The position numbers and the translations under genes were made by a program. This document shows, piece by piece, positions 55,115-63,353 of a DNA stretch of 64,000 nucleotides. This DNA is from a virus (Duplodnaviria; Heunggongvirae; Uroviricota; Caudoviricetes), in the IMG/VR virus record IMGVR_UViG_3300037510_000012, positions 21,267 through 85,266 of that record; one strand, given 5' to 3'. The first letter of the stretch is position 1. Every line of letters starts with the position of its first letter. The notes beneath the pieces are model-generated. The model was not told the DNA's origin. It did not search any database and saw nothing but the letters and a program-made list of their open reading frames with translations.

Positions 55115-55278
55115 GTCAAAAGTATCGTAAGGCTCAGCGTCTTATTGCGTCCCGCCGTTATTTTCGGCGGGTTCGTAATAGATGGCGCAAATACGGTTGT
55201 TCGTGCGGAAAGCACAACATGAGAGGCGACAGATAGTCGCTAGGGTTAGGGAAATAGCCCTGAAAGGAAAATAAAATA

Positions 55279-55443
55279 ATGGAAAAGAAGCCTAAGTACA
55301 AGGTTGGACAAAGAGTGAAGTTCAATGGAGACACTGGTACCATTACGAAGGTCTGGACTACAGACAAGAATATGCCAAAGTACACTGTTGATTTCATCTT
55401 CCACACCCATGTACTAAGGGAAGACCAGATTAGAAAGGCGTAA
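55279..55443 (+). CDS. small KOW/SH3-like protein (54 aa)
   Basis: Translated by eye: KYKVGQRVKFNGDTGTITKV. Confidence 0.4.
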   Translation: MEKKPKYKVGQRVKFNGDTGTITKVWTTDKNMPKYTVDFIFHTHVLREDQIRKA

Positions 55444-55444
55444 A

Positions 55445-55720
55445 ATGTGTAACTGTCAGTGCCAATGCAATCAGACTAAGAAGGTTTTTGCAGTTGGCGA
55501 TGTTATTCATGGATTCTGTGGTGGACATTTCGGGCGGGATTCCTATTCGTGCAAGAAGGTGGAATACATTGGTCCTGATTACATCGTATTCCGCATCCTA
55601 AATGATTGGGGCGCTGGTGGTGTTACCATTTATTCTGGTACGCAAGAGGCGATTTATAGCGACCTGTCTGAGTATATGGAAAAGCCAGACTCCGAATACT
55701 ACGAGACTTGCGACTGCTAA
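55445..55720 (+). CDS. Cys-rich protein
   Basis: CNCQCQCNQ... Confidence 0.5.
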   Translation: MCNCQCQCNQTKKVFAVGDVIHGFCGGHFGRDSYSCKKVEYIGPDYIVFRILNDWGAGGVTIYSGTQEAIYSDLSEYMEKPDSEYYETCDC

Positions 55721-55828
55721 AAATCTTGGAGGGTAGCTCTTGACAAGCTACCCTCAAGCTAGTTAAACTAGAAAAAGAATAAAACAAGTTATAGCAAAGA
55801 GAAGAATATAGAATAGGTTAATATAATT

Positions 55829-56017
55829 ATGACTATTTCAGTTATGTTGGTTCTCGGTGCACTTGTTGCAATGTTCATCATCAAGGATGGACTTAACAAG
55901 TTCCAGGCCATTGTCCTCATTCTCTTTGGTATCTACCTTGGTGATACTGCTTTTGGTGGAAACCTGCATGAATGGACGGACAACTTTTTCCACATGATTT
56001 CTCAGATGAATTTCTGA
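55829..56017 (+). CDS. small membrane protein
   Basis: ORF track. Confidence 0.45.
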   Translation: MTISVMLVLGALVAMFIIKDGLNKFQAIVLILFGIYLGDTAFGGNLHEWTDNFFHMISQMNF

Positions 56018-56076
56018 GGTATCGTAAAGGGGCTTTCGTAAAGAAGGCCCCTTAAGCTTCCTAAAGGAGAGGTGAT

Positions 56077-56727
56077 ATGAGAGAGTATTCAAAGACCGAT
56101 AACCTTTACAAGCGTAACCCTAAGAAGAAGTCTGAGCTTATCGTCGGAGATTACACCCGGCCGGAATTCGCTCATATCGTTTCTTGGTGGGTTACCGAGA
56201 AGGTTGATGGTACTAACGTTCGTCTTTGGTTCGACAAGGACGAGAACAGTGAATATCGTGGGCGTACAGACAATGCACATTTCAGCCCGGTGCAGCATGA
56301 ATTCATGAACAACCTTCGTGATTCAATTAAGGAAGATGCAGTAAGCCTTATCCATCGTTTTGGGCTTGATGAGCTGCTTATCTTTGGTGAGCTTTATGGA
56401 CCGAAGATTCTTTCTGGTGGCAACTACTCTGACAGTCTGGAGTTCCGAGCGTTTGACATGATGGTTAACGATAAGGTATGGTTGCGACCTGACGCAGTTG
56501 AGGAGAACGCAGCAGACCTTGGGCTGACCATGGTTCCGAACCTTGGCATGATGACTACGGCTCAAATCTTTTTCATGGTAGCTGGCGGATTCAAGTCCAC
56601 CTTTGCCAAGAACAAGGATTTCGATGCTGAGGGTGTTATTGCACAGCCTGCGGTAAACCTGTATGACCAGCGTGGAGAGCGTGTTAAGTTCAAGTTGAAG
56701 CACAACGATTTGAAGCATGTAAGTTGA
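56077..56727 (+). CDS. ATP-dependent RNA/DNA ligase-like nucleotidyltransferase (Rnl2/DraRnl-type)
   Basis: Motif I KVDGTN; III FGELYG; V KFKLK. Confidence 0.65.
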   Translation: MREYSKTDNLYKRNPKKKSELIVGDYTRPEFAHIVSWWVTEKVDGTNVRLWFDKDENSEYRGRTDNAHFSPVQHEFMNNLRDSIKEDAVSLIHRFGLDELLIFGELYGPKILSGGNYSDSLEFRAFDMMVNDKVWLRPDAVEENAADLGLTMVPNLGMMTTAQIFFMVAGGFKSTFAKNKDFDAEGVIAQPAVNLYDQRGERVKFKLKHNDLKHVS

Positions 56728-56758
56728 AGTGTGTGATATTTCATGCTATGATTAATGC

Positions 56759-57235
56759 ATGATTACATTCACAGATAAGCACTGGAATAAAATTGCGATT
56801 ACCGGTCCAAATGATTGCTGGATTTGGACCGGTTCTTGCGATTCTAGAGGATATGGACAAATTAGAGTATCTAAAAATTACGCACCAAGGGTTACAAGAG
56901 TAATGTTGGCATGGGTTGATGGAATTGAAATTCCAGACAAAAATACGTTCGTTTTGCATTCATGTGATACACCCTCATGCGTCAATCCAATGCATCTGAG
57001 ATGGGGTTCTCACAAAGAGAATGTTAAGGATGCAGTAGGAAGAAAAAGATACAAGAATAATTTCAATATGCAGGGCGAGACGCATTGGCGTGCTAAGCTG
57101 GCAGAAAATGACGTTATTGAAATTCGTAATCGTCATGACAATGGAGAAAAGAAGCGGGCTCTGTCTACTGAGTATGGAGTCAGTTTTCAAACAATTAGTC
57201 ATATTGTAAATAGGGTCACATGGACCCATATCTAA
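56759..57235 (+). CDS. HNH endonuclease (HNH_3/AP2-like)
   Basis: CWIWTGSCDSRGYGQIRV...H..C....C.NP.H. Confidence 0.7.
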   Translation: MITFTDKHWNKIAITGPNDCWIWTGSCDSRGYGQIRVSKNYAPRVTRVMLAWVDGIEIPDKNTFVLHSCDTPSCVNPMHLRWGSHKENVKDAVGRKRYKNNFNMQGETHWRAKLAENDVIEIRNRHDNGEKKRALSTEYGVSFQTISHIVNRVTWTHI

Positions 57236-57246
57236 GGAGAAATAAA

Positions 57247-57453
57247 ATGGCTCAGATGCCTGAAGAGATGAAGAACCTTGGTGCCCTTATCGCAGTTTCC
57301 AAGATTATTGAGGTTTTTGGTAACCTCTGTGATGCTGCGGAGAAGGCCACTCCTGAGGTTAAGGCTTTCGTAAAGCCTTTCCAAGATGAGGTTGAGAAGT
57401 CAGCAGAGGCTCTTGAGGCTCTGTTTGGCAAGGGTTTTATGGACACTAAGTGA
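57247..57453 (+). CDS. hypothetical protein
   Basis: ATG after AGGAGAAATAAA. Confidence 0.5.
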   Translation: MAQMPEEMKNLGALIAVSKIIEVFGNLCDAAEKATPEVKAFVKPFQDEVEKSAEALEALFGKGFMDTK

Positions 57454-57497
57454 AATTGGGCGGGTTGTTCGTTGACCCGCCAAGCTTTGGAGGAAAC

Positions 57498-57695
57498 ATG
57501 GCTATTTACAAGTATGAGATTACTGTGGTAGAGTCAGAGCGTGGTTGGGGCAGAGACTCATGGACTGAAGAATTTGACACCCCAGAAAAGGCTCAGGAAC
57601 GAATTAACGAAATCAATTCAAAGAACAAGCCCGGTCCTGCACCAGACTATTACATGCAGGCGTACGACGAAATCCGTGCCGTTCGTAAGGATTGA
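57498..57695 (+). CDS. hypothetical protein
   Basis: ATG after hairpin-AAGCTT-TGGAGGAAAC. Confidence 0.5.
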   Translation: MAIYKYEITVVESERGWGRDSWTEEFDTPEKAQERINEINSKNKPGPAPDYYMQAYDEIRAVRKD

Positions 57696-57718
57696 CACAG
57701 CCACGACTAGGAGGTAGG

Positions 57719-57862
57719 ATGGCTGCAAAGTTGCCCGGACACAAGTGGCAAGTCACTGGTTCGGATAAGAAGAAGTCTGCTTTTGTGTATACCTGTCGCA
57801 AGTGCAAGTGTGTTACACTTAGTGGTGAGCCGCTACCGGCTCCGTATGATAAGACATGCTAG
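57719..57862 (+). CDS. small Cys protein (47 aa)
   Basis: RBS TAGGAGGTAGG. Confidence 0.35.
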   Translation: MAAKLPGHKWQVTGSDKKKSAFVYTCRKCKCVTLSGEPLPAPYDKTC

Positions 57863-57863
57863 C

Positions 57864-57893
57864 TTGACAACCAACAAGGAAGGTTGGTAGTAT
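57864..57893 (+). promoter_or_regulatory. promoter TTGACA-N18-TAGTAT (leaderless gene at 57901)
   Basis: AGCTTGACAACC again. Confidence 0.5.
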
Positions 57894-57900
57894 CTGAGAC

Positions 57901-58080
57901 ATGAGATACGAAGTGAGACCGGAAGAAACCAAAGACGGTCGGAAGGTGATAAAGCAATGGGTTATTTGGGATAACGTCGAGAACAAGGTTTTCGCGCGGT
58001 TCAGTAATCCAGAGCAGCCTACTGACATTGTTAACAAGTATCACGCTGCGCAAATGGCAGCCGAAGCAAGAGCGGAGTAA
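57901..58080 (+). CDS. small protein (59 aa), probably leaderless
   Basis: ATG about 7 nt after the -10 TAGTAT of TTGACA-N18-TAGTAT. Confidence 0.4.
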   Translation: MRYEVRPEETKDGRKVIKQWVIWDNVENKVFARFSNPEQPTDIVNKYHAAQMAAEARAE

Positions 58081-58082
58081 AC

Positions 58083-58463
58083 ATGATTGAGTATAACACC
58101 ACCTGTATTGTCGGTGGAAGTGAGATGCTTTGTGACCTTAAGTATGATGTTGATAGTCCTGCTGAGGTCAGCTTTACATTCCATACCCCCGACAAGTCTC
58201 CTGAGTGGGTTTTCTCAAGGGAGCTTCTTAAGGAAGCAATGTCTGACCGTGGAATGTCTGGAGAAGGTGACGTTCTTTTCTATGACCATGGTGATGCAGT
58301 CAGTATGCTTCTAAAGTCTCCGGAGGGAACTGGACTCGCCATTTTCCAGCGGGGTGTTATCAAGGAATTCGTTGAAGAAATCTACCATGAGGTAGAAGAG
58401 GACGACGACAAGTATTTCCTTCCAGACCAGGAACTTAAGGAATGGCTGGAAGGTTTGGTTTAA
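58083..58463 (+). CDS. hypothetical acidic protein
   Basis: ORF track. Confidence 0.55.
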   Translation: MIEYNTTCIVGGSEMLCDLKYDVDSPAEVSFTFHTPDKSPEWVFSRELLKEAMSDRGMSGEGDVLFYDHGDAVSMLLKSPEGTGLAIFQRGVIKEFVEEIYHEVEEDDDKYFLPDQELKEWLEGLV

Positions 58464-58499
58464 TAAGCTCTTGGGGGTACAATGGACTCAGGAGGCAAT

Positions 58500-58667
58500 A
58501 TGAATCTGGATTTCAGCATGAACCCTGGCTTGGAAGTATGGCTAGGAATTCTTCCACCACAATGGGATGACGATGACTTTGATGATTGGGAAGAGGAAGA
58601 CATGAGGGTTCAGCAAAAGAGACGAATCATTAAGATTCGCAAGTCAGATTTCAAGAGGAGTTCGTAA
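58500..58667 (+). CDS. small acidic protein
   Basis: ATG after GGAGGCAAT. Confidence 0.45.
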   Translation: MNLDFSMNPGLEVWLGILPPQWDDDDFDDWEEEDMRVQQKRRIIKIRKSDFKRSS

Positions 58668-58703
58668 AGGACTCGCCCCACGAAAGTGGGGCAAGCTTCA
58701 GGG

Positions 58704-58733
58704 GTTGACAAGGGGTCCCCCTCTCATCTAAGG
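58704..58733 (+). promoter_or_regulatory. promoter TTGACA-N18-TAAGGT (leaderless gene at 58742)
   Basis: Sequence match. Confidence 0.5.
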
Positions 58734-58741
58734 TGGTTCAC

Positions 58742-58945
58742 ATGCAGGTCGGAGGAATTTACAGGTTCCAGGGTGCATCTACCACGGTTCGTGTGGTAGG
58801 CTTTGAGCGTGTCGGATGGTTTCGCCGGTACGTCAAGTTCGTAACGCTGCATAATGGTCAGGTTTGTGGTCCGACACGTGAAGTTCTCGTAAGCTACGCA
58901 AAGAACAACTGGGAACCGGTTGACGTAGACCACTCGGTAGTGTAA
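58742..58945 (+). CDS. small SH3-like protein, probably leaderless
   Basis: ATG about 8 nt after the -10 TAAGGT of the TTGACA promoter at 58704. Confidence 0.45.
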   Translation: MQVGGIYRFQGASTTVRVVGFERVGWFRRYVKFVTLHNGQVCGPTREVLVSYAKNNWEPVDVDHSVV

Positions 58946-58983
58946 GGTAGTCATCATAACGACAAGCCAAGGAGGCTAACACA

Positions 58984-59334
58984 ATGAAGGTTTCGACTCG
59001 TGTCTCTCGCAAGGGCGGTATCTCCATCAAGAAGCTGGGGCGTCAGTCTCAGTCTCACAAGGCTGGCACGGTTGTCATGCGTAAGGTTCGCTTCAACGGC
59101 TCCATCCTGGGTGACCTGGTTGAGGAGTCTCAGAACCGCTACGTGCCTCGTGTGAAGTCTTCTGTCACCTTCACGTCCGATGGTGAGCTGAACATCGTTC
59201 AGGGTATCATGGACTGGGGTCAGGCTCGTTACATCAAGTCTCTTGGTGGTTACTACAACATCAAGAACGGTCAGCGTGTTGAGTCTGCGGAGTACGTCTA
59301 CATCGTTGGTGACAAGATTTTCTACACCAACTGA
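58984..59334 (+). CDS. hypothetical protein
   Basis: RBS AAGGAGG. Confidence 0.55.
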   Translation: MKVSTRVSRKGGISIKKLGRQSQSHKAGTVVMRKVRFNGSILGDLVEESQNRYVPRVKSSVTFTSDGELNIVQGIMDWGQARYIKSLGGYYNIKNGQRVESAEYVYIVGDKIFYTN

Positions 59335-59393
59335 TTGACACGCACCACCCAAGTCCTGTAAGGTATGACTACCGACAACGAAGGAGAAGGAAA

Positions 59394-59969
59394 ATGGCAA
59401 CTGAGCGTGAGTACCTGGTAACCCTTGGTCTGGCCAAGGCTGGTCGTGGCCGATTTTCGGCGGAAGCTAAGGCGGCCCTGGCAAAGGCTAAGTCTGAGGG
59501 AATGACGTTCGACATGACTGCTGCTGAGGTTGCGAAGGCAGAGCGTCAGAACAAGCCTCAGAAGGTTCGTAAGACTGTCCAGGCTGTGAAGGAGGTTCGC
59601 CCCTCTCAGGATGCCTACGACGCCAAGTCTGTGCGTTCCTGGGGTGAGCAGGTGGGTATGATTGAGCGTGGCAAGCGTGGTAAGCTTCCTACGGCTCTCA
59701 TCAACGCTTACCTTGCAGCGAACAAGACTGAGAAGAAGGTGACCGTTCGTCGGTCCGTTGGTAAGATTGACAAGGTTCGTGACGTTGCAGTAGGCTTCAC
59801 TTACGCTCGTCGTGGTCCGAAGGACCCTGCCTTTATCTCTGAGCCGCTGGTGGCTGTTCAGTCTTGCGGTTCCTGCTCTAAGGGTGTAGCGTACTGCAAG
59901 TGCCAGAGTGGTCCCGTCGCCCCGAAGTACCTTGGTGGTGAGGTTCTGCTTCTGACTCGTCCGGAGTAA
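59394..59969 (+). CDS. lsr2: Lsr2-like nucleoid-associated protein (two RGR-type DNA-binding motifs)
   Basis: RGKRGKLPTALINAYLAA resembles Lsr2 RGRIPADVIDAYHAA; the N-terminal GRGRFSAEAKAALAKA is similar. Confidence 0.55.
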   Translation: MATEREYLVTLGLAKAGRGRFSAEAKAALAKAKSEGMTFDMTAAEVAKAERQNKPQKVRKTVQAVKEVRPSQDAYDAKSVRSWGEQVGMIERGKRGKLPTALINAYLAANKTEKKVTVRRSVGKIDKVRDVAVGFTYARRGPKDPAFISEPLVAVQSCGSCSKGVAYCKCQSGPVAPKYLGGEVLLLTRPE

Positions 59970-60064
59970 AAGTTCCCCGGCTGGGGAGTTGACACAAGAC
60001 TCCCCAGCCTGATAGTCTTAGTACATCAAGGCAAGACAAACAAACTCTAAGGAGAATACAGAAA

Positions 60065-61087
60065 ATGCCCGCTGGTATCGAGACCTACAAGGAAATGGCC
60101 GCGTTCGCTTCTCTCCGTCAGCCTGCCTGGCACGACCTGGGAACCGTTTTCGATAAGCCTGTCTCTACCGCTGAGATGCTTGAGCTTGCTCACATGGCCG
60201 GATGGAACCTCCGCTTTGAGGACGCTTCCGACTGGATGCCCGGATTCACTTTCGTGGATGAGACGCTTCACGTGGTCCGCGATAACCCGTTCATTCCTGG
60301 TCAGAAGGATGTTCTCGGAACTGTTGGTGGTCGGTATAACATCTTCTCGAATGAGCAGATTTTCGACTTTGCCGACACTCTGACGGATGGTCGTCGTCGG
60401 TGGGAAACGGCCGGTAGCATTAAGAACGGCCAGAAGGTTTTCGCAACGCTTGTTGCAACCGATGACCTGGTTCTTGACCCGAATGGCTCTGGTGATGTTA
60501 TTCGCCGGTACATCATGCTGGTTTCGTCTCACGACGGTTCCACCACCATGATTGTTAAGATGGTGAATACGCGAGTGGTTTGCCAGAACACGCTCAACAT
60601 CGCTCTTGGCGAGAAGGGTGCAGAATTCAAGATTCGCCACACTCAGGGAATGGAAACCAAGATTCAGGATGCAAAGAAGGCTCTTGGACTTGCTACCATC
60701 TACGATGAGGTTTTTGAAAAGGAAATGCAGGCGCTCTTTGAGGCTGAGATGACTCTCACTCAGTTTGAGAAGATTGTCATGGATGTTTTCCCTGAGCCGG
60801 AAGAGGACGTTCGCGGAAGTCAGAAGAAGTGGGATGACAAGATGGACACCATTCTGAACATGTGGCAGAATTCCACTGGTTCGGTTGAGAATCTTCCGAA
60901 CAACGCTTACAAGGGCCTTCAGGTCCTTACCGAGCACAACCAGTGGTTCCGTGGAATTCGTAAGGACAAGACTGGTAACCCGAACACTGAGAACTTCCTC
61001 GCTGCGGGTGGCGGTTTCGACCTTAAGACGAATGAGTTCCGGACTGACATGTTCCTTCGAATGAAGGAATTCGCTCTCTCCGCGTAA
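60065..61087 (+). CDS. hypothetical protein (340 aa)
   Basis: RBS AAGGAGAATACAGAAAATG. Confidence 0.6.
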   Translation: MPAGIETYKEMAAFASLRQPAWHDLGTVFDKPVSTAEMLELAHMAGWNLRFEDASDWMPGFTFVDETLHVVRDNPFIPGQKDVLGTVGGRYNIFSNEQIFDFADTLTDGRRRWETAGSIKNGQKVFATLVATDDLVLDPNGSGDVIRRYIMLVSSHDGSTTMIVKMVNTRVVCQNTLNIALGEKGAEFKIRHTQGMETKIQDAKKALGLATIYDEVFEKEMQALFEAEMTLTQFEKIVMDVFPEPEEDVRGSQKKWDDKMDTILNMWQNSTGSVENLPNNAYKGLQVLTEHNQWFRGIRKDKTGNPNTENFLAAGGGFDLKTNEFRTDMFLRMKEFALSA

Positions 61088-61093
61088 TACCTA

Positions 61094-61119
61094 GCGGCCC
61101 CTTCGGGGGCCGCAAGCTT
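61094..61119 (+). repeat. hairpin-CAAGCTT element
   Basis: GCGGCCCCTTCGGGGGCCGCAAGCTTTTT. Confidence 0.8.
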
Positions 61120-61140
61120 TTTCCTAGGAAGGGAAAATAA

Positions 61141-61338
61141 ATGAATGAATTCGGCTGGTCGCTTATCGGTTCTGCTGTAGTTGGTGGCGGAATTACTATG
61201 GTTGCCAACGGTCATTTTGGTCAGCACTGGAATTTTCTGATTGTATCTGCTATAGTATTTGTTATCTACTGGCTGGTGCGTCTTGGTTTCGGTGATGATA
61301 TAGACTTTGACCTTAGTGACGTTAACCCGTTTGATTAA
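61141..61338 (+). CDS. small membrane protein
   Basis: After hairpin-AAGCTTTTT; RBS GGAAGGG. Confidence 0.5.
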   Translation: MNEFGWSLIGSAVVGGGITMVANGHFGQHWNFLIVSAIVFVIYWLVRLGFGDDIDFDLSDVNPFD

Positions 61339-61378
61339 GAAAGACCGGGGTTTCGGCCCCAAGCTGCAAGGAGGAAAT

Positions 61379-61717
61379 ATGGAAATGCTAAACGTATCCA
61401 AAACATTGGGTACGAAGGTGGTAGATGGTCGAGTATATTTCGACCTAGAACAATTGCTGTCCATTATGTATGATTCATGTAATGAGATGGCTGTCCTTGC
61501 TACCGAAACAAGGGACCCTGTACTGGGGACCATGAACCTAGGCGTAGCGAACATGTGCAAGGCTCTGGACGCCGTTCTAAGCCTCAAGAAGGAGGCTCAC
61601 GGTATCTGGGATGACCCTCGCCCCTGTGGCTCGTCTAAGCCTCATACAGAGCATCTACGCTCGGTAGGAAGCAAGATGGTTCGGTGTCCTGGGGTTGCTA
61701 AGCCAGAGGAAACCTGA
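61379..61717 (+). CDS. hypothetical protein
   Basis: ATG after hairpin-AAGCTG-CAAGGAGG. Confidence 0.5.
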   Translation: MEMLNVSKTLGTKVVDGRVYFDLEQLLSIMYDSCNEMAVLATETRDPVLGTMNLGVANMCKALDAVLSLKKEAHGIWDDPRPCGSSKPHTEHLRSVGSKMVRCPGVAKPEET

Positions 61718-61997
61718 TAAACTAAATACATGTTCGTTAGGTGATAGGACACCTTTTCTCTCAAAGGATTCCGGTACCTCTATCAGTCTAGTCAGGCGAG
61801 AGGCTAAGTAACAAGTCGGCTGTTATGCCGGAATCCATTCACTTTGGTATATGGTAATGTAAACTACTATGAATGGAGAAGAAAGATGCCCAACGTTTTT
61901 GATTACGATGACGAGTCCAACGACGTTCGCATTGAGGCGGATTCTCCGGAGGACAGCATTTACATTCGTGATGGACTTATCGATTTCTAGGAGTTAA

Positions 61998-62258
61998 TTG
62001 ATGACCGGACTTGAGAATACCAGTGATGCCGTAATTATTCAGCTTATTAGTAATCTTAAGTCCGGCATCCTTAAGGTTGCAGAAATGGGAGATGAGGCTT
62101 ACAAGTCTCGTGGACCCAAGGAAAACCCCCCGATTTCAGCAGTTGAAGTTAACATGAGTTTGATTGGCGCGTTTGAGCCTGAGTGCAAGAGGCGTGGAAT
62201 TGATGTTGATGCAATTGAGCCTGATATCCGGGAGATTAGTATTGTATGGACTTACTAA
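61998..62258 (+). CDS. hypothetical protein
   Basis: ORF track. Confidence 0.5.
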   Translation: MMTGLENTSDAVIIQLISNLKSGILKVAEMGDEAYKSRGPKENPPISAVEVNMSLIGAFEPECKRRGIDVDAIEPDIREISIVWTY

Positions 62259-62273
62259 GAAAAGGAAAAAACA

Positions 62274-62483
62274 TTGGCAATTGTACGTATCAGCACTATT
62301 CTGAAGAATGCTCCGTCTGTTGGTATCCAGTCTTGTATCTATGGTGTCGAGTGTGAAACCATTGAGGCTAATGACCCGGCCGGAATTGTCTTTGAACTAA
62401 TGGGAAGCCGAGAGAAGATTGCCAACGTTGTTGGCCGCACTGGTTCCCGCATTCTTAGTGTTGCTGAGCCTGTAGGTAAGTGA
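62274..62483 (+). CDS. hypothetical protein
   Basis: ORF track; followed by a terminator. Confidence 0.45.
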   Translation: MAIVRISTILKNAPSVGIQSCIYGVECETIEANDPAGIVFELMGSREKIANVVGRTGSRILSVAEPVGK

Positions 62484-62488
62484 GACTG

Positions 62489-62516
62489 CCCCGTCAGAAA
62501 TGGCGGGGTTTTCTTG
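62489..62516 (+). terminator. rho-independent terminator
   Basis: CCCCGTCAGAAATGGCGGGG followed by TTTTCTT. Confidence 0.7.
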
Positions 62517-62586
62517 TCTCACTGGTAGGTTGACAGACCTACCAAGCTTGCTGTAGAGTTCTTCTCAGAACGAAGGGAGACATAGA

Positions 62587-63267
62587 GTGTCCAAGGCAAC
62601 GTATCCTCTGGGTAAGCTGATGAAGCGTGACAAGGGTGTCTGCTGGCTTTGTAGGAAGCTTGTAGACCGTGACCATGCTACGCGTGACCACGTGATTCCG
62701 TACTCGCATGGCGGACCGAATCATGAGGCCAACCTTAAGCTTGCTCATCGTAAGTGCAACGAGAAGCGTGAGAACAAGGTCTTGATTTCTAAGGCTGAAA
62801 AGCTTACAATTCTCCTGAAGGTACAGAGCCACATGTGCTTTAGGTGTGTAAAGCCTTTGCACAGTGATGATGCAATGATTTCTCAGGACTGCCCGCGTGG
62901 CTCTCTTCGTGAAATCAAGATTGCAATTTGTAAGTCGGGATGCGAAAAGAACTATGGCATTCCCTTCCAGCAGCGTCGGAAGTTGAATGAGGTTCGCATC
63001 GCTAAGCGAATTGAGTCGAGAAAGAATAGGATTCCAATGGAAATGGTTGTTGCTGATTCTCTTTCTGCTGACCAGCTTGAGTCTGGCGATTACGTCAGGT
63101 TTTTCGCTGAGAATGCTCTTCGGTTCGGAATTGTCCGGGATGTAGTGGACAATGACGAATTCTTTACCATCACCCTTGAAGATGACGTTGAGGGAGATGT
63201 TGAAGAGTACGCGGTTGACCCTGAAACCGTGTTTTCTCTTCTTGTTCATGAGGCTGTTGCAGTCTAA
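62587..63267 (+). CDS. HNH endonuclease
   Basis: CWLC...DH.IP.S.GG.N...N...AH..CN; GTG after AGGGAGACATAG. Confidence 0.65.
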   Translation: MSKATYPLGKLMKRDKGVCWLCRKLVDRDHATRDHVIPYSHGGPNHEANLKLAHRKCNEKRENKVLISKAEKLTILLKVQSHMCFRCVKPLHSDDAMISQDCPRGSLREIKIAICKSGCEKNYGIPFQQRRKLNEVRIAKRIESRKNRIPMEMVVADSLSADQLESGDYVRFFAENALRFGIVRDVVDNDEFFTITLEDDVEGDVEEYAVDPETVFSLLVHEAVAV

Positions 63268-63353
63268 TTGAACGGGCGGGTTGACAAAACTCGCCCAAGC
63301 TTGCTAGTCTTCTTACATAAGCCCAATGAAGGGAGAATTGTAAGGAGAAGACT

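Noticed and set aside
4736-63302. Whether the repeated hairpins could be a CRISPR array
   Set aside because: The repeats vary in sequence, are spread across 60 kb with one per intergenic gap, and have no regular repeat-spacer periodicity
255-63302. AAGCTT (HindIII) enrichment as a cloning or vector artefact
   Set aside because: The sites are embedded in native hairpin and RBS contexts with many sequence variants (AAGCTG, TAGCTT); this is not polylinker-like
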